Under the pieces are notes generated by a model. It was not told the DNA's origin. It did not search any database and saw nothing but the letters and a program-made list of their open reading frames with translations. A DNA stretch of 62,900 bases, filler included, from Octopus bimaculoides (lineage: Eukaryota), in assembly GCF_001194135.2 (NCBI RefSeq). It is 4 parts of 4 records of this genome, joined end to end, with 100 filler letters (N's around TTAATTAATTAA, not from the genome) between each part and the next. Parts side by side here need not be neighbours in the genome. Positions count along the whole stretch, not along the records: positions 1 to 31,602 come from NC_068986.1; positions 31,703 to 58,793 come from NC_068997.1; 2 more parts are not named here. One strand, 5' to 3'. Shown one piece after another: positions 27,400-39,612 of the stretch (positions are counted from its first letter, which is position 1; each line of letters opens with the position of its first letter). Made by a program: the position numbers and the translations under genes.

Positions 27400-28830
27400 C
27401 TTTCGGCATCCCCGATGATAGACTCCACTTCACAAGAAACTTGTACACTTCATCTACTATAAAACAACTTTATAATTTCCAGAGTAATGGTATGTATTAA
27501 TTCCTCTATAATTACTGAATTTCCATTCTCTTTTCTTTTCCTTCTGCATTAGCATGGCCCTTCTGTTATCATTCATGTTAGCGTTCCAGTTTTCATAATC
27601 AGTAAGAAATGTTTGCATAAAGCTAGTCCATTTTCTATAATCAGTAAGGAATGTTTGTATGAAGCTTGTACCCTCGTTATAATAGTTACTGTGCCATACA
27701 AGAAAGAAGGCTTTCTGTTGATTCAGGAAATTCATCCCGATATTCGTCGTCTTCAACCAACCATTATAATTTCGTGTAACTGTTTTTAAACCTCCTATTA
27801 TAAGTAGGATAATTATAACTTGATGGCAATACCTGATTTTTATGTCACGATATTTTTTTTCTATTTTTCTCGCGTTCTTTGTTTACCACGCTTATCCCAA
27901 ACAGGCAAGCAACATCGATTAAACAACATACTTTTTCATCTTTATTGAGTAAAACAATATCTGGGGGTCAAAATTCTATTTGACTGTGTGTTTGAAACTT
28001 CATATCTCTTAGTAACTTTACGATCATTTTCAAGGATGTGTTCTATTTTATAATCATACCATTTTTCCATGTGTTCAAATCCATATTTTTTGCAGATTCG
28101 CCAATGTATGATTGTAACATCTTTGTCGTCTTCCCATTTCTTATAGACCCTCTGAACACGTATGACACAATCAGGGACTATATTCACAAACATTTTTCCT
28201 CTTTCACTACATCTTCTGTATTCAGCCGAGATGTCTTTCTTAACTCCTGCCTGGTGAATTTTGCTCTGATTGATTGATCCTGAGGAGCAAGAATCAAACT
28301 GTCTATTGCTTTCATTAACGCTTCCTTCTTTAATCATTGAAATGTTTTGTGATGTTGATAGCTTTCGGTACTTTGAAAAACACTTTCCCTATAAAATTTT
28401 CTATTTGTACGTTGCTTTCTAACTCTGAGGGCTTTGCTTTTTTTTGTATTCCTTCAGCTAACAGATGTCTTCTTAAAGCTATCAAAAACATCTCTTCACT
28501 GACAGCAACATACTTCCTTACACTCACTACTTCTTCCTGTCTACACTGTTCATCTGTTTTGTTGAAATACAGTCTGTCAACATCTGCCTGTGGATATAAG
28601 GCCTTGTAGTTTGCCAGCAATTTCCGTTTTTGTTTTTTCTATTTATATTGTCAAGGTCTTCTTTTGTCGATTTGATTGTTCAGGTGTTGTAGTTGATGAT
28701 GGATATAAACCCCGAGTTTATGGGAATGATGGTATTTATAAAATTGAATTTGTCTTTTGGTATTCTCCTTATCCACAGGAAATGTTCTTTCGTGGTATTG
28801 TCTTTTATTATTAACTTCACAACTGTTGTT
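27400..28830 (-). mobile_element. Decayed R4/Dong-like RLE LINE, 3' half
   Basis: KALYPQADVDRLY (cf. LHPKADVDRLY), IHWRICKKYGFEHMEKWYDYK, and a C-terminal IPVIIG-like region; many frameshifts. Confidence 0.65.
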
Positions 28831-31077
28831 CTACAGGAAAATGCCTCAAAAATATTTGTTACATTCTGTGATGTTTATTTATTACATTTACAAATAAAGA
28901 TACGAACTGATTTATATCGATTTTATATATTTTAGATACGTGGAAAAAAACAACATATGTTGGGTATAGTTCGGTGATAACAAAGAACTATAGACCTTCA
29001 AAATAGTGCAGTTCATTGATGTTAAGTCTTTGTAGTTTTATTGAGTTCTACATTATATGTTACCATAATCAAAGGTAGACTTAATCTGATTCCATTTGCC
29101 TCACTTTGTCGTAAGTGCTGAATAATTTCTAGTAAAACACAAAACACGCAAAGTTTGTTGCAGAAGGTTTGTTTGTTGATATCATCGACTCCAATCCTTG
29201 ACTAAAAGAATAATGTTATCGGCTCTGGAAGGATAAAAAGAAAAGTTGCCCTTGGTGAGTTTTGAAGTCAGAACATATAGGGTCGGAAGAAAACATGCAA
29301 AGCATTTTGTCCCACGCTTAACCATTCTGCTAATCTGCTGTCCACGAAACAATAGAAAACAACGAAAGCAAATCTTTTTCATCTTTTAAATATATAAGGT
29401 CTACTACTTGTCGGAAACACATGTAATTCTCCATAATATAATTTGTTGACATTGTAGAAAGTTACTTTCCGGAAAGCGATGAGTTACTTGAAAAAAAAGC
29501 TGCATAGATGAAAATTGTATAAAGCAATTATAAACTGGGAAAGATGCAAGGAAAATAAATATTGGAAAAGAAACAGATAATTAAAGGACAATATAATGGA
29601 ATAATATCGAGAAGGTAAAAATAGCGCAAGAAGAAATCAGTTGTGTAATGATTAGATGTTCTTGATAAATGTATACTGAATAACTGAACATTTAATGAAA
29701 TCATTTACACAATATAATATATATTAAGCATCGTAGATTAGGATATAACGACCTAAACTCTGTTTTATTTCGCTTATACGATAGAGTGAGTATTTTTATT
29801 TGGTGTATAACTTCTTGCAGACAAATATTATTAACGTATATGTTAATCTTGTAAAAGATTGTTAGAAACAAAGCGTCAGACTAAAAAGCATCACGGTATT
29901 TCATTATATATCGTTGAATTCTGGGTCCAAATCACGCCGTAAGCTACTCTTTTTAATTGTTCTGCAGTCGATAAAATATGAATCAGTCTAGTTAAGCTGG
30001 ACCAATTCCTTCGAATATACACCAACTTGAATTTTTTCAGGTCATGTGTCTATGCTAAAAATGGTTCATTATTCAAATAAAACTGAGCTGTGACGTTTTA
30101 GTAAAAGGAACTCGAATTTGCTTACTGTACTTTTCATACTCTAGTCATTGTACGTCCTAGTTTCAACATTCCCCTTTATTCCATAATCTTGATTGTACAT
30201 GGGAAACCTGAGGCCTTTGGGCTGCAGGCGATATGCAAGATTTTCTGAATGGTTTGCCTTACGAGAAATTACCTTCAATTTTATTTTAGTGCAGCTCATA
30301 CGGCGTACTTCTTAAAGAAGGTTGCCCATGCTGATCTTGATAAAATATACAGCAGTAATGTTCAAGAAGGAATTCGACTGATTTTTATTTTGGCTACGAA
30401 GAACTACTTATATGTCAAAAGATTTACAACATAGAACGGAAAATTAGAAGAAATATTAAAAGATAAAGGTAAAGTGTTATACAATATTTAGTTCCTTAGC
30501 CCTTCGAGCTAACCAGCAGCAATGGCTTTGGCTTTACACTGACAACAAAACGTTAAAACTATACGTGACTTACTGTATAATCCTGAATTGTAAGGCTCAT
30601 TCTCTAAACTATGGGTTTCTCTTAGTCAAAGTAAATAATTAATAAAATGGAAAGGGTACGAAAACTTTGGACTAGACTTACTTTATAATCTAGATAGGAA
30701 CTCCTTGTTCTGAATTCCAATTTTCTCAACTTTTGTTATGTTCATCGTCTTTTTACAATAATGATGAAGAATTACATAGGCTGAACGAATGCATCTCTCC
30801 CAAGATGATTAAGTATGCTCATAAACGACACGTCAAGAGCATACTCAAATCTGCGTTAGATGGGAAAACTATCTTTTAAACGACAGCAAAAAATAAACTC
30901 GAATAAATAAGAAATGAATAGCTTAGTAGCAGCAGCATGGAATCCTTACGTCTAAAACTACTCTAATTTAACCCAGCAAACAAATCTCTACCAATGGCGA
31001 AACAGCACTATGGCTTCAAATTTATTAGAATCTCACGAAAAACATAAATACATATGTACATAAATATGTATATATTT

Positions 31078-31113
<36 letters not shown>

Positions 31114-31602
31114 TAGATATATGTACATACATACATACACACAGACATAGAAAACCGTTGTCAATACTTCTACGATCTCTAGGGAGTAAGGTGGGGATGT
31201 CACAAATATTTTCGTAGCATAGCAACTTTCCTCTCGTTGTGAAATGGTTGCACTTCACGCAGAGTTTTCCTCAACAAGTTATTGCTTGTAATCAGTAAAA
31301 AAGAATAGAGAGATATTTCGAAAGCTTATCTATTATTATCGATTCTGGTATATACAGTAAAATGTCTCACAATTTGTTGCCGGGAATTAGATGCTAAACG
31401 ATCGAAAATTCTTTTTTCATTCGTGTTAAATTGATAATCTCCTGCAGATAAATAAATGACAAAACGTATTCTGCAAAACACAGTAACAAAATCCTGAAAA
31501 ACTAGCGAGCGGCACAAAATATGACTGAACCATACATCAGAAGAATCTAGGAATCTAAACAAGTAAAGCACAAACAGAATTATTATAAAGGCTCAAGTAT
31601 TA

Positions 31603-31702
31603 NNNNNNNNNNNNNNNNNNNNNNNNNNNNNNNNNNNNNNNNNNNNTTAATTAATTAANNNNNNNNNNNNNNNNNNNNNNNNNNNNNNNNNNNNNNNNNN
31701 NN
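31603..31702. other. Artificial scaffold spacer N44-TTAATTAATTAA-N44
   Basis: Exactly 100 bp with a six-frame stop palindrome at 31647-31658; identical structures occur at 58794-58893 and 60880-60979. Confidence 0.95.
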
Positions 31703-31805
31703 TGTTAGGTAGTATGATTTCTTGTTTGTATTTGTCAGCTTCCTTAAATACTGAAAACAGTTTTTTTGTTTTGCTCGTGTTTTGTGGCTATTTGTATTAG
31801 TTTTA

Positions 31806-31868
<63 letters not shown>

Positions 31869-32119
31869 CTATCAATAATTAAAAACGGAAGAAGGTGAAT
31901 TGGTTCTTTCCAAGGACAAGTTCAGCGCCCTCATTGATCGCTTGTTATAGTAAACACATTTGATCTCTGTTGACCGCAAGGGTGTGACGTTTCTTTTGTT
32001 CCCTGATCGCACAGAAATGCGAGGCTCCATTGTTGATCTCCTTCTCACCATTTACAGACCCTTGGAATCAAGTCCATATACCAAGCTGCTTCTCTTTCTC
32101 CTACTATCTCCTCCAACCC

Positions 32120-32370
32120 TCACATATTTATGATTATCTCGAGTACAAGACAAAAGTCGAAATTAAACAACATTTAAGTGACAAAGACGGCATCTCAGGA
32201 CGGTTACAATACCAGTGATTATAGGAGTACTTGAAACGAACATAAAAAGGAACTGAAAAGTATTTGAGAATGTTCTCTGGATGAGCATCCACGCAGGAAG
32301 CGCAAAAGATTGTCTTAACCGGTAACTGGTTACACGTACTGAGAAGAGCATTGACGACATGAATTTTCTT
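32120..32370 (+). mobile_element. R4/Dong-like LINE 3'-terminal fragment
   Basis: TIPVIIGVLET and EAQKIVLTGNWLHVLRRALTT* resemble the C-terminus of RLE LINE ORFs. Confidence 0.55.
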
Positions 32371-32573
32371 TTTGCCTTTTATTTTCTCTGTTTACTGTTA
32401 TATTCTATATCTTTTCTTTTTCGCCCTTTCTTCTCCTCTCCTTTTTTCTATCACATGACTTTGTAAATGAACAATTTGGTGTGATTATTTTAATGGCCTA
32501 CAATTATTTTAATGCCCCAGGTGTCAGGAAAGCACTCGACAAGAGAAGGAAACAGAATGGAAAGAAGATGAAA

Positions 32574-32614
<41 letters not shown>

Positions 32615-33289
32615 ACTACTACTAATAATAATAATAATGGAACCAAGCAAAGGAACGGCGGATAGTTAATCATAAATCTTGTAAGATGGTTGATTTAGGA
32701 GTTACACACACACACACATACACACACACACACATGCACACACACATACACACACACACATACACACACACATACACATACACACACATACACACACACA
32801 CACACATACACAGACACTACTATGCAACACCCCTCCAAAAACATACAAGAATAAACTCATACTGAAAATATTCAACAAAATGAAGAAAAACCCACAGCAT
32901 GTGCCATAGAAGGTTGATACTCGACAGAAGAACACAACCTGCGCTACACAAACAACACAAGATAAAAACTAACAGAACCGAAGACTCAAACAAAAACCCA
33001 TAAGAAAACGTACTGATACAATACAATATCCCTCCCCCACCACTGAGAAAATGCAGCACACACCACCCCCACCGCACAAAGGTACAACAAATGATGCAAC
33101 AGAAAGTTGCTTGAAATTTTCAGATATTGAGAAATAATAGTGGTGATAACGATGGTGACGAACGTTACTTTACCTAAGTTTATGAGAGACAGGAGTTTCC
33201 GAAAATCTCTGGACCTTTAAGGGACGGCCTCTCGCTTGGTAGTGGTTCAGTAAAGATGCAGACTGACCACAGCTGTCATCGCAATACAG

Positions 33290-34080
33290 CATCAGCAGAT
33301 AATAGAGCAAAGAGGAGGAAGTGGAGCAGCGACGAAAACAGGATAGCGATACAATGTTACTTAGTAAGTGAACTTAAAACGGATGTTAACGCTTTGGGTA
33401 GAGACGGGTATGTTTAAAATGACTGAGCAGATATTAGTTGATCAAACTAATGCTATTAGGAGAAGAAAGTGGATGACAGAATTGGAAGTAGAAGAGATCA
33501 CAAGAGAACTGGAAAAGAAAGACGAGGCAGTGGGGAAGACAAACATCATCATAGGAGATACAGCTCTAACCAAAGAAGAAGAGGAAGATCTGAAGATTTT
33601 AGATGAGTTGCAGTATGTAATGAGTAGACAATGCCAGCATTAAAAGGCAATAGCAGAAAGAAGCTGCTAGAAATGACCAGGAAAATGGAATTTGTTACCA
33701 GGAGGATAGATACTAAAAATATAGAAGACACTCACTTATTTATGCAGGAGAGGTAGTAGTCACCAGAAGATTAGATGTCTCACAGGGAAAGATTAAAAAA
33801 GAGCAAATATGGAAAAGGAGATTACAGAATAAAGTGAAGACTTTAAGAGAAGATCTGAGTAGAACAGAAACCCTGGGAAACAAACAAATTCGAAAACATG
33901 ACCTTCCCATTTCACACTTGAAATCGTCATAGTTGTTTATTTTTTCTTCTTCTTTCACATTGATCCTTTTGTCACCGGGTCATGCTATATCGATTATCAT
34001 AAATGTTCTGTCTTTTTTATTCACCACAACAATGTCCAGTTTCCGATGTCTGCTCAACTGATCGCACTGGATCATTAAAT
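33290..34080. mobile_element. Two juxtaposed RLE LINE fragments (N-terminal part on +, RLE part on -)
   Basis: + strand: KWSSDEN..., EQILVDQTNAIRRRKWMTELEVEEI. - strand: DIVVVNKKDRTFMIIDIA.PGDKRINVKEEEKINNY. Confidence 0.55.
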
Positions 34081-34089
34081 CCCACAGGA

Positions 34090-34905
34090 TTTTGCAGGAC
34101 CACGACAGGCAAATGATAACTAATCCGAGACAGACGTGTGCGGCCTTTCAACAGCCTTTGCAATATGGGAAGCAATGGCTAGTTGCACGAGGTGTAAATC
34201 GCCTGGTTTGGATGGTCTGCCCTACCAGTTTTACGCTTATATATCAGACTTGCTGGCGAACTCTTAGCAAACGTTTACTGCAAGTGACAACAGAATGGGA
34301 GAATTGTTAGTTTTGTGAGCCGAGGACCGGTAGCTTTGCTGAGGAAAAACCCGAACAAGGGGGAATTGTATTGACGACTTTAGGTGCATAACTCTGCTAA
34401 ATGCAGAGTTCAAAAATTTTGGCCAAGCAGTTAGCTACGAGGTTGGCGCTTGTCGACAGGGATCTGTTAGGGAGACACCGACATATGTCATCCAGAAAAG
34501 ATATATCACCGACAACCTTCACGTTATACGATACATCATTAAGGTATAAAGCTAAAGAATCTGGCATAGGTGGAACATTGATCAATTCAGATCAGTCTAA
34601 AGCTTTCACTAGGCTCGACCATCTGTACCTAGCGGTGGTCGTCAAGGCAGCTGGTTTTGGGTCTATATTCAGGGGGCCGGATAACTGCAATGCACAGCGA
34701 CATATGTTCAGTGTCCGATTGAATGGTCACTTCTCAGAACCGTTCAACATCATGCGTTCGGCCTGGCAAGGTTTCCGCCTTTCGTCTCCCTTGTATATAC
34801 CGACTCTCGAGCAACAGCTACACAAACTGGAGACATTGAGTGACATTCTGCGTGACCTAGGATGTGAGAGATGCGTGTCGGCATAAGCAGACAACGTCAC
34901 CATAG
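34090..34905 (+). mobile_element. L1/Tx1-like LINE reverse transcriptase fragment
   Basis: ITLLNAEFKILAK, DQSKAFTRLDHLYL, QGFRLSSPLY and (Y)ADNVT-type RT motifs lie in broken frames. Confidence 0.7.
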
Positions 34906-34953
34906 TGGTTTCGTGTTATAAACCCTCAAAACAACACGTACTCATACATTCAC

Positions 34954-35017
<64 letters not shown>

Positions 35018-35137
35018 NNNNNNNNNNNNNNNNNNNNNNNNNNNNNNNNNNNNNNNNNNNNNNNNNNNNNNNNNNNNNNNNNNNNNNNNNATTATTATTA
35101 TTATTATTATTATCATCATCATCATCATTATTATTAA

Positions 35138-35198
<61 letters not shown>

Positions 35199-35334
35199 AG
35201 TAGTAGTAGTAGTAATAGTAGTATTATTCAGGCGGCAATCTGGCAGATTCGTTTCCACATCAGGCAAAATTCTTAGCAGCATTTCGCCAAATTTTCAGGC
35301 CTTGTGCTCTTAATACAAAGGATTATTATTATTA

Positions 35335-35520
35335 AGGTGTCGAGCTGGCAGAATCGTTAGCACGCTGGACGAAATGCTTAGCGATATTTACGTCCGTTTT
35401 TTTCTTTCTGACTTCAAATTACACCGAGGCTGAATTTGCCTTTTATTCTTTCGAGGTCGATGTAGACCATTATATCCTCCCGCAAAATTCCAGGCCTATA
35501 AAATTGTGCCTATAATAGAA
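35335..35520 (+). mobile_element. tRNA-derived SINE (second family); further partial copies at ~35225-35310, 35820-35950, 29200-29340 (-), 46980-47120 (-)
   Basis: gagctggcagaatcgttagcacgctggacgaaatgcttagcg...ttcaaattacaccgagg...ctttcgaggtcgat recurs at these positions. Confidence 0.75.
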
Positions 35521-35589
35521 ATGATTATTGTAATCATGATCCGTCTGTCTGCCCGCATTCCTGCATTGCTGCCTGCTTGTCTCTTTGTA

Positions 35590-35658
<69 letters not shown>

Positions 35659-35974
35659 GTCTGTCTGTCTGTTCTGGGTTTCTAACTGTCAAGGATGTCT
35701 TATAAAGCCATTCCCCTATACCTAAACCCTTAGTAATAGAGGGTATATAAGCAGTGACTTAGTGAAGTCTCAAAGTTGCCACTGATGACGTCTCAAAAAA
35801 GAATTGAATTTAGTTTCTTTGTTGGCGCTTCTAGAATCGTTAGAACGCCGGACAAAATGATTTGCGGTGATAAACTATATTCAAGTCAAGAACTGGGCTT
35901 CATGTAATCGATTATCCTTCCTGCCACAAAATTTCTGCCATTGTCATTATAGTAGACAGGATTTAAAAAAAAAA

Positions 35975-36039
<65 letters not shown>

Positions 36040-36276
36040 GTCTCGGTAATCTTGTGTCTCAATCCGGAATTCTGTGCTTAATACTTCACGTAAAATTTTA
36101 GAACTATCTGAAATGAAAACTAGACAAGCATTTTTTGTATCTACAGACACCATTCTACATTGACCAGAGAAATAGGAGCGACTTTTCAAATGCAGACGGT
36201 TTTGTCTATCTTTGGACTAAAACATAGAATACAAGTCAAGGAATGAAATAAACACAGAAGATTCAAATTTGTTTAC

Positions 36277-36534
36277 CGTCTCTAAACTTGGTCGGCACAG
36301 ATCTTCTCAACTGATAAAAATGGGTATTAGTTGCGTCTATTAGTATTTTCTCTGTTGAGTCATCTTCGTATAAAATACAGCTTGGACTCATCGTTCTGCT
36401 CACGAAGGATTTACATACAGAAGCTTCAAAACAATTCTTCGAACAGTTGAAGGTATCCACGTCAAGTGTCATCAATGTTTTACTGTCTTTCAGAGCACAG
36501 TTTTGTACTTTTATAAAATACTTCAGATATTCAA
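36277..36534 (-). CDS. Internal coding exon encoding one PAN/Apple domain (gene B, minus strand)
   Basis: Pyrimidine tract plus TTACAG acceptor and G|GTAAAC donor; 258 nt, phase 1-1, no stops. Translation EYLKYFIKVQNCALKDSKTLMTLDVDTFNCSKNCFEASVCKSFVSRTMSPSCILYEDD...HFYQLR fits the PAN core C-x3-C-x5-C-x2-F...C-x-L. Confidence 0.75.
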
Positions 36535-37059
36535 CTGTAACAAAGCCAGGCAAATTAAACAACCAAAAGAGAAAGACGAAAGTGAAAGATTATGAAAATA
36601 GATAATAATAAAGAAATAGAATATTAAATGTTTGACGATCAATATTGATATTTTTAACAGAAAGAAGTGATTAAGTTGTTACTACCATAGTGTAGGTACA
36701 AAGCATCTTGGGATATATTATCTGTTTAATGAAAATAAATGCGAATGAGTTTTTGAAGTTGTTTAATTAATTCTATTATTTAAATGATTCATATATTATG
36801 TTTTATAATGTTTAACGGTTGTCTGTTCTAAATTTGCCCCAATGTCAGCACTTAACAAAATACTTCCGTTGGAAATTATGTCAAGAATTCACCATCATAC
36901 GGCTGTATCTTAAAATCAGAATTTTAAATTTTCTTTCCAACAAATATATTTTGAAAAGGAAATTATTTTCCTGTATTGAACTTCTAAATCAAATGTTTGT
37001 GTAGTGATTTTCATAATTTTCATAGATATAGGATAATATATTGATATAAATCTACTCAC

Positions 37060-37095
37060 GTCCATTTCCAAATTTCATTGAGAAGTAGAAGAGAA
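37060..37095 (-). CDS. Candidate 36-nt micro-exon of gene B
   Basis: CATTGCAG acceptor and AC|GTGAGT donor; in phase 1-1 it reads (x)LFYFSMKFGNG and joins the PAN exon in frame (...GNG-L-EYLKY). It could be the end of a signal peptide. Confidence 0.4.
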
Positions 37096-38967
37096 CTGCA
37101 ATGAGAATTTATTTCATAAAATATTTCATATTTCACATTTACGTTGGACATTAATTTACAAAAAATAGAAATGAAAGGAATAAGAAAGAGAAGTGCTACA
37201 AGCATAATTCGATAACAAATATTACTATGATCACCACTACATCACCATAAAATTATCCATTGAAATAAGGAGGGAGAACGATAATTTTGAGAGGGATAGA
37301 AAGATAGAGAAACGAAGGTGTGATGAGAGATAAAGAGAGAGGAACAAATACAAAAGAAGTTAGTGAAGGTACGGCATATGTTAAGAGCAGGATGAAGTAT
37401 GAATGTAGTGAACCAAAAAGATTTTTTAATTAATCGAAATTATACACGTAATGAAAAGAAAAGTCAATTATCTGATTTAATAATAACCGTTGGAGATGGA
37501 AGGGAGAGAATTAGGAAATTGTAATTGATTAAAAATAATCAAGAGGTAAGCGGTGTGGAACGAATTTAATTTTTAGTAGGTTTGGGGTTATGTTTTGGTC
37601 TTATCAGATATTCGTTGGGAAATATAGCCTAATACGTATTTAATCCAGACCATAGAATATAATTTTGGTGTGAAAATTACTACTCACTGAGTAGGCACTA
37701 ATTTAAAACAAGACGATGTAAAGTTTTGTAGGACTTCTTTCTGCATGCACAACGCTATACAACCAAATATATAATGAAAGTTGACCACATCCTTTCCGGT
37801 GAATCATTCCTTGCAAAGNNNNNNNNNNNNNNNNNNNNNNNNNNNNNNNNNNNNNNNNNNNNNNNNNNNNNNNNNNNNNNNNNNNNNNNNNNNNNNNNNN
37901 NNNNNNNNNNNNNNNNNNNNNNNNNNNNNNNNNNNNNNNNNNNNNNNNNNNNNNNNNNNNNNNNNNNNNNNNNNNNNNNNNNNNNNNNNNNNNNNNNNNN
38001 NNNNNNNNNNNNNNNNNNNNNNNNNNNNNNNNNNNNNNNNNNNNNNNNNNNNNNNNNNNNNNNNNNNNNNNNNNNNNNNNNNNNNNNNNNNNNNNNNNNN
38101 NNNNNNNNNNNNNNNNNNNNNNNNNNNNNNNNNNNNNNNNNNNNNNNNNNNNNNNNNNNNNNNNNNNNNNNNNNNNNNNNNNNNNNNNNNNNNNNNNNNN
38201 NNNNNNNNNNNNNNNNNNNNNNNNNNNNNNNNNNNNNNNNNNNNNNNNNNNNNNNNNNNNNNNNNNNNNNNNNNNNNNNNNNNNNNNNNNNNNNNNNNNN
38301 NNNGACTGCGCTCACAAACGAGAATACAAAAATGAACCCGACTGCTCTCAAAAATTAAGTGAAAAACAGGAAAAAATAATCCAGGCTCCTTGCCCCGTGT
38401 CTAATCGATCCCAAACTCTAATCCCCTCGTACCAGTCATGAGGCCAAACATCCCTGAAAGTTGCATCCGAATCCATCCAGCGGTTCTTAAGATATCTGTT
38501 TCACCGCCAAACAAACAAACACGACTGGAAACAATACCTTCGCCTTCGGTAAGTACAAGATATGATAAAAACACAAACAAAATCCTAAAAAGGTATATCA
38601 CGGTTATTCTCAGTCCCAAAGAATCACAGCGAAACAATGTGACACGACACACGCTAAACAACAACTATCCAATAAAATAGACAACATATATTCATATATA
38701 TATATATGTATGTATATATATGCGAAAGAGTAACATTTGAAAAGAAAACTACAAAATGAAATGCATCCAAGGATATATTTATTCATGCACAAATATGACA
38801 TATATATATATATATATATCATATCATATCATATCGGACATTTAATATTCCATCATTTCATTATATATTATATTATATTATAATAATATTGTAATAAAAC
38901 GTGAAAATCAGAAAAATTTGGAATTTCTTAGAGTAATATATTCTTCTATACACAATAATACACACTG

Positions 38968-39056
<89 letters not shown>

Positions 39057-39612
39057 AAAGGTGAGTTTTAGTGTGGTCTCAATCGTGACGGATAAATCTT
39101 TAAACAATAAGAATCTTCATATAATAAATTTATGATAAAATGTTTACATACAAATATTGTGAAGGTAATTCCACTGCAGCATCCCGTCTGTTTTCTAGGT
39201 AGAAATGACTGTCAAGAAGAAGAAGATATTGCTATTTTAAATCTACCTTCTTTATGAACGATAATCCTTATATGAACTTCCTATCGATTTATCAATAATA
39301 GCTGACAAGTGAAGTTATTGTATTTATGCAATGCACCTTTTGAAAGTAATCCTGATCAAATGATATCGACTTGCAACTTAAGATGGTGTGAATCCACAGA
39401 CATACACATCCGTTTATATATATATATATATACTCAATATAAAGTATAAGAGAAATTGCTTATAACAGGTAACTTCTACACGCTAGAAGACAGTAAAAAA
39501 CGACCGAAAACCNNNNNNNNNNNNNNNNNNNNNNNNNNNNNNNNNNNNNNNNNNNNNNNNNNNNNNNNNNNNNNNNNNNNNNNNNNNNNNNNNNNNNNNN
39601 NNNNNNNNNNNN

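Noticed and set aside
29182-29382. Cys-containing minus-strand ORF as another small-protein exon
   Set aside because: The nucleotide sequence is a diverged copy of the SINE at 35335-35520.
31326-31441. KRIFDRLAS as a neuropeptide-precursor repeat
   Set aside because: Single occurrence, with no repeated peptide units or amidation/dibasic pattern.
35744-35750. TATATAA as the promoter of gene A
   Set aside because: It lies 7 kb upstream, on the far side of gene B's exons, and is followed by a SINE fragment. TATA-like words are common in this AT-rich DNA.
37688-37818. Minus-strand FGCIALCMQKEVLQNFTSSCFKL with a GTGAGT donor as another PAN exon
   Set aside because: It lacks the third core Cys, has an in-frame stop upstream, and its phase-2 donor is incompatible with the PAN exon. 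It could be chance or a 5' UTR exon.
38304-38351. LRAVGFIFVFSFVSAV as gene B's signal peptide
   Set aside because: It starts at TTG just after an in-frame TAA with no ATG, and it runs into a gap, so it cannot be evaluated.
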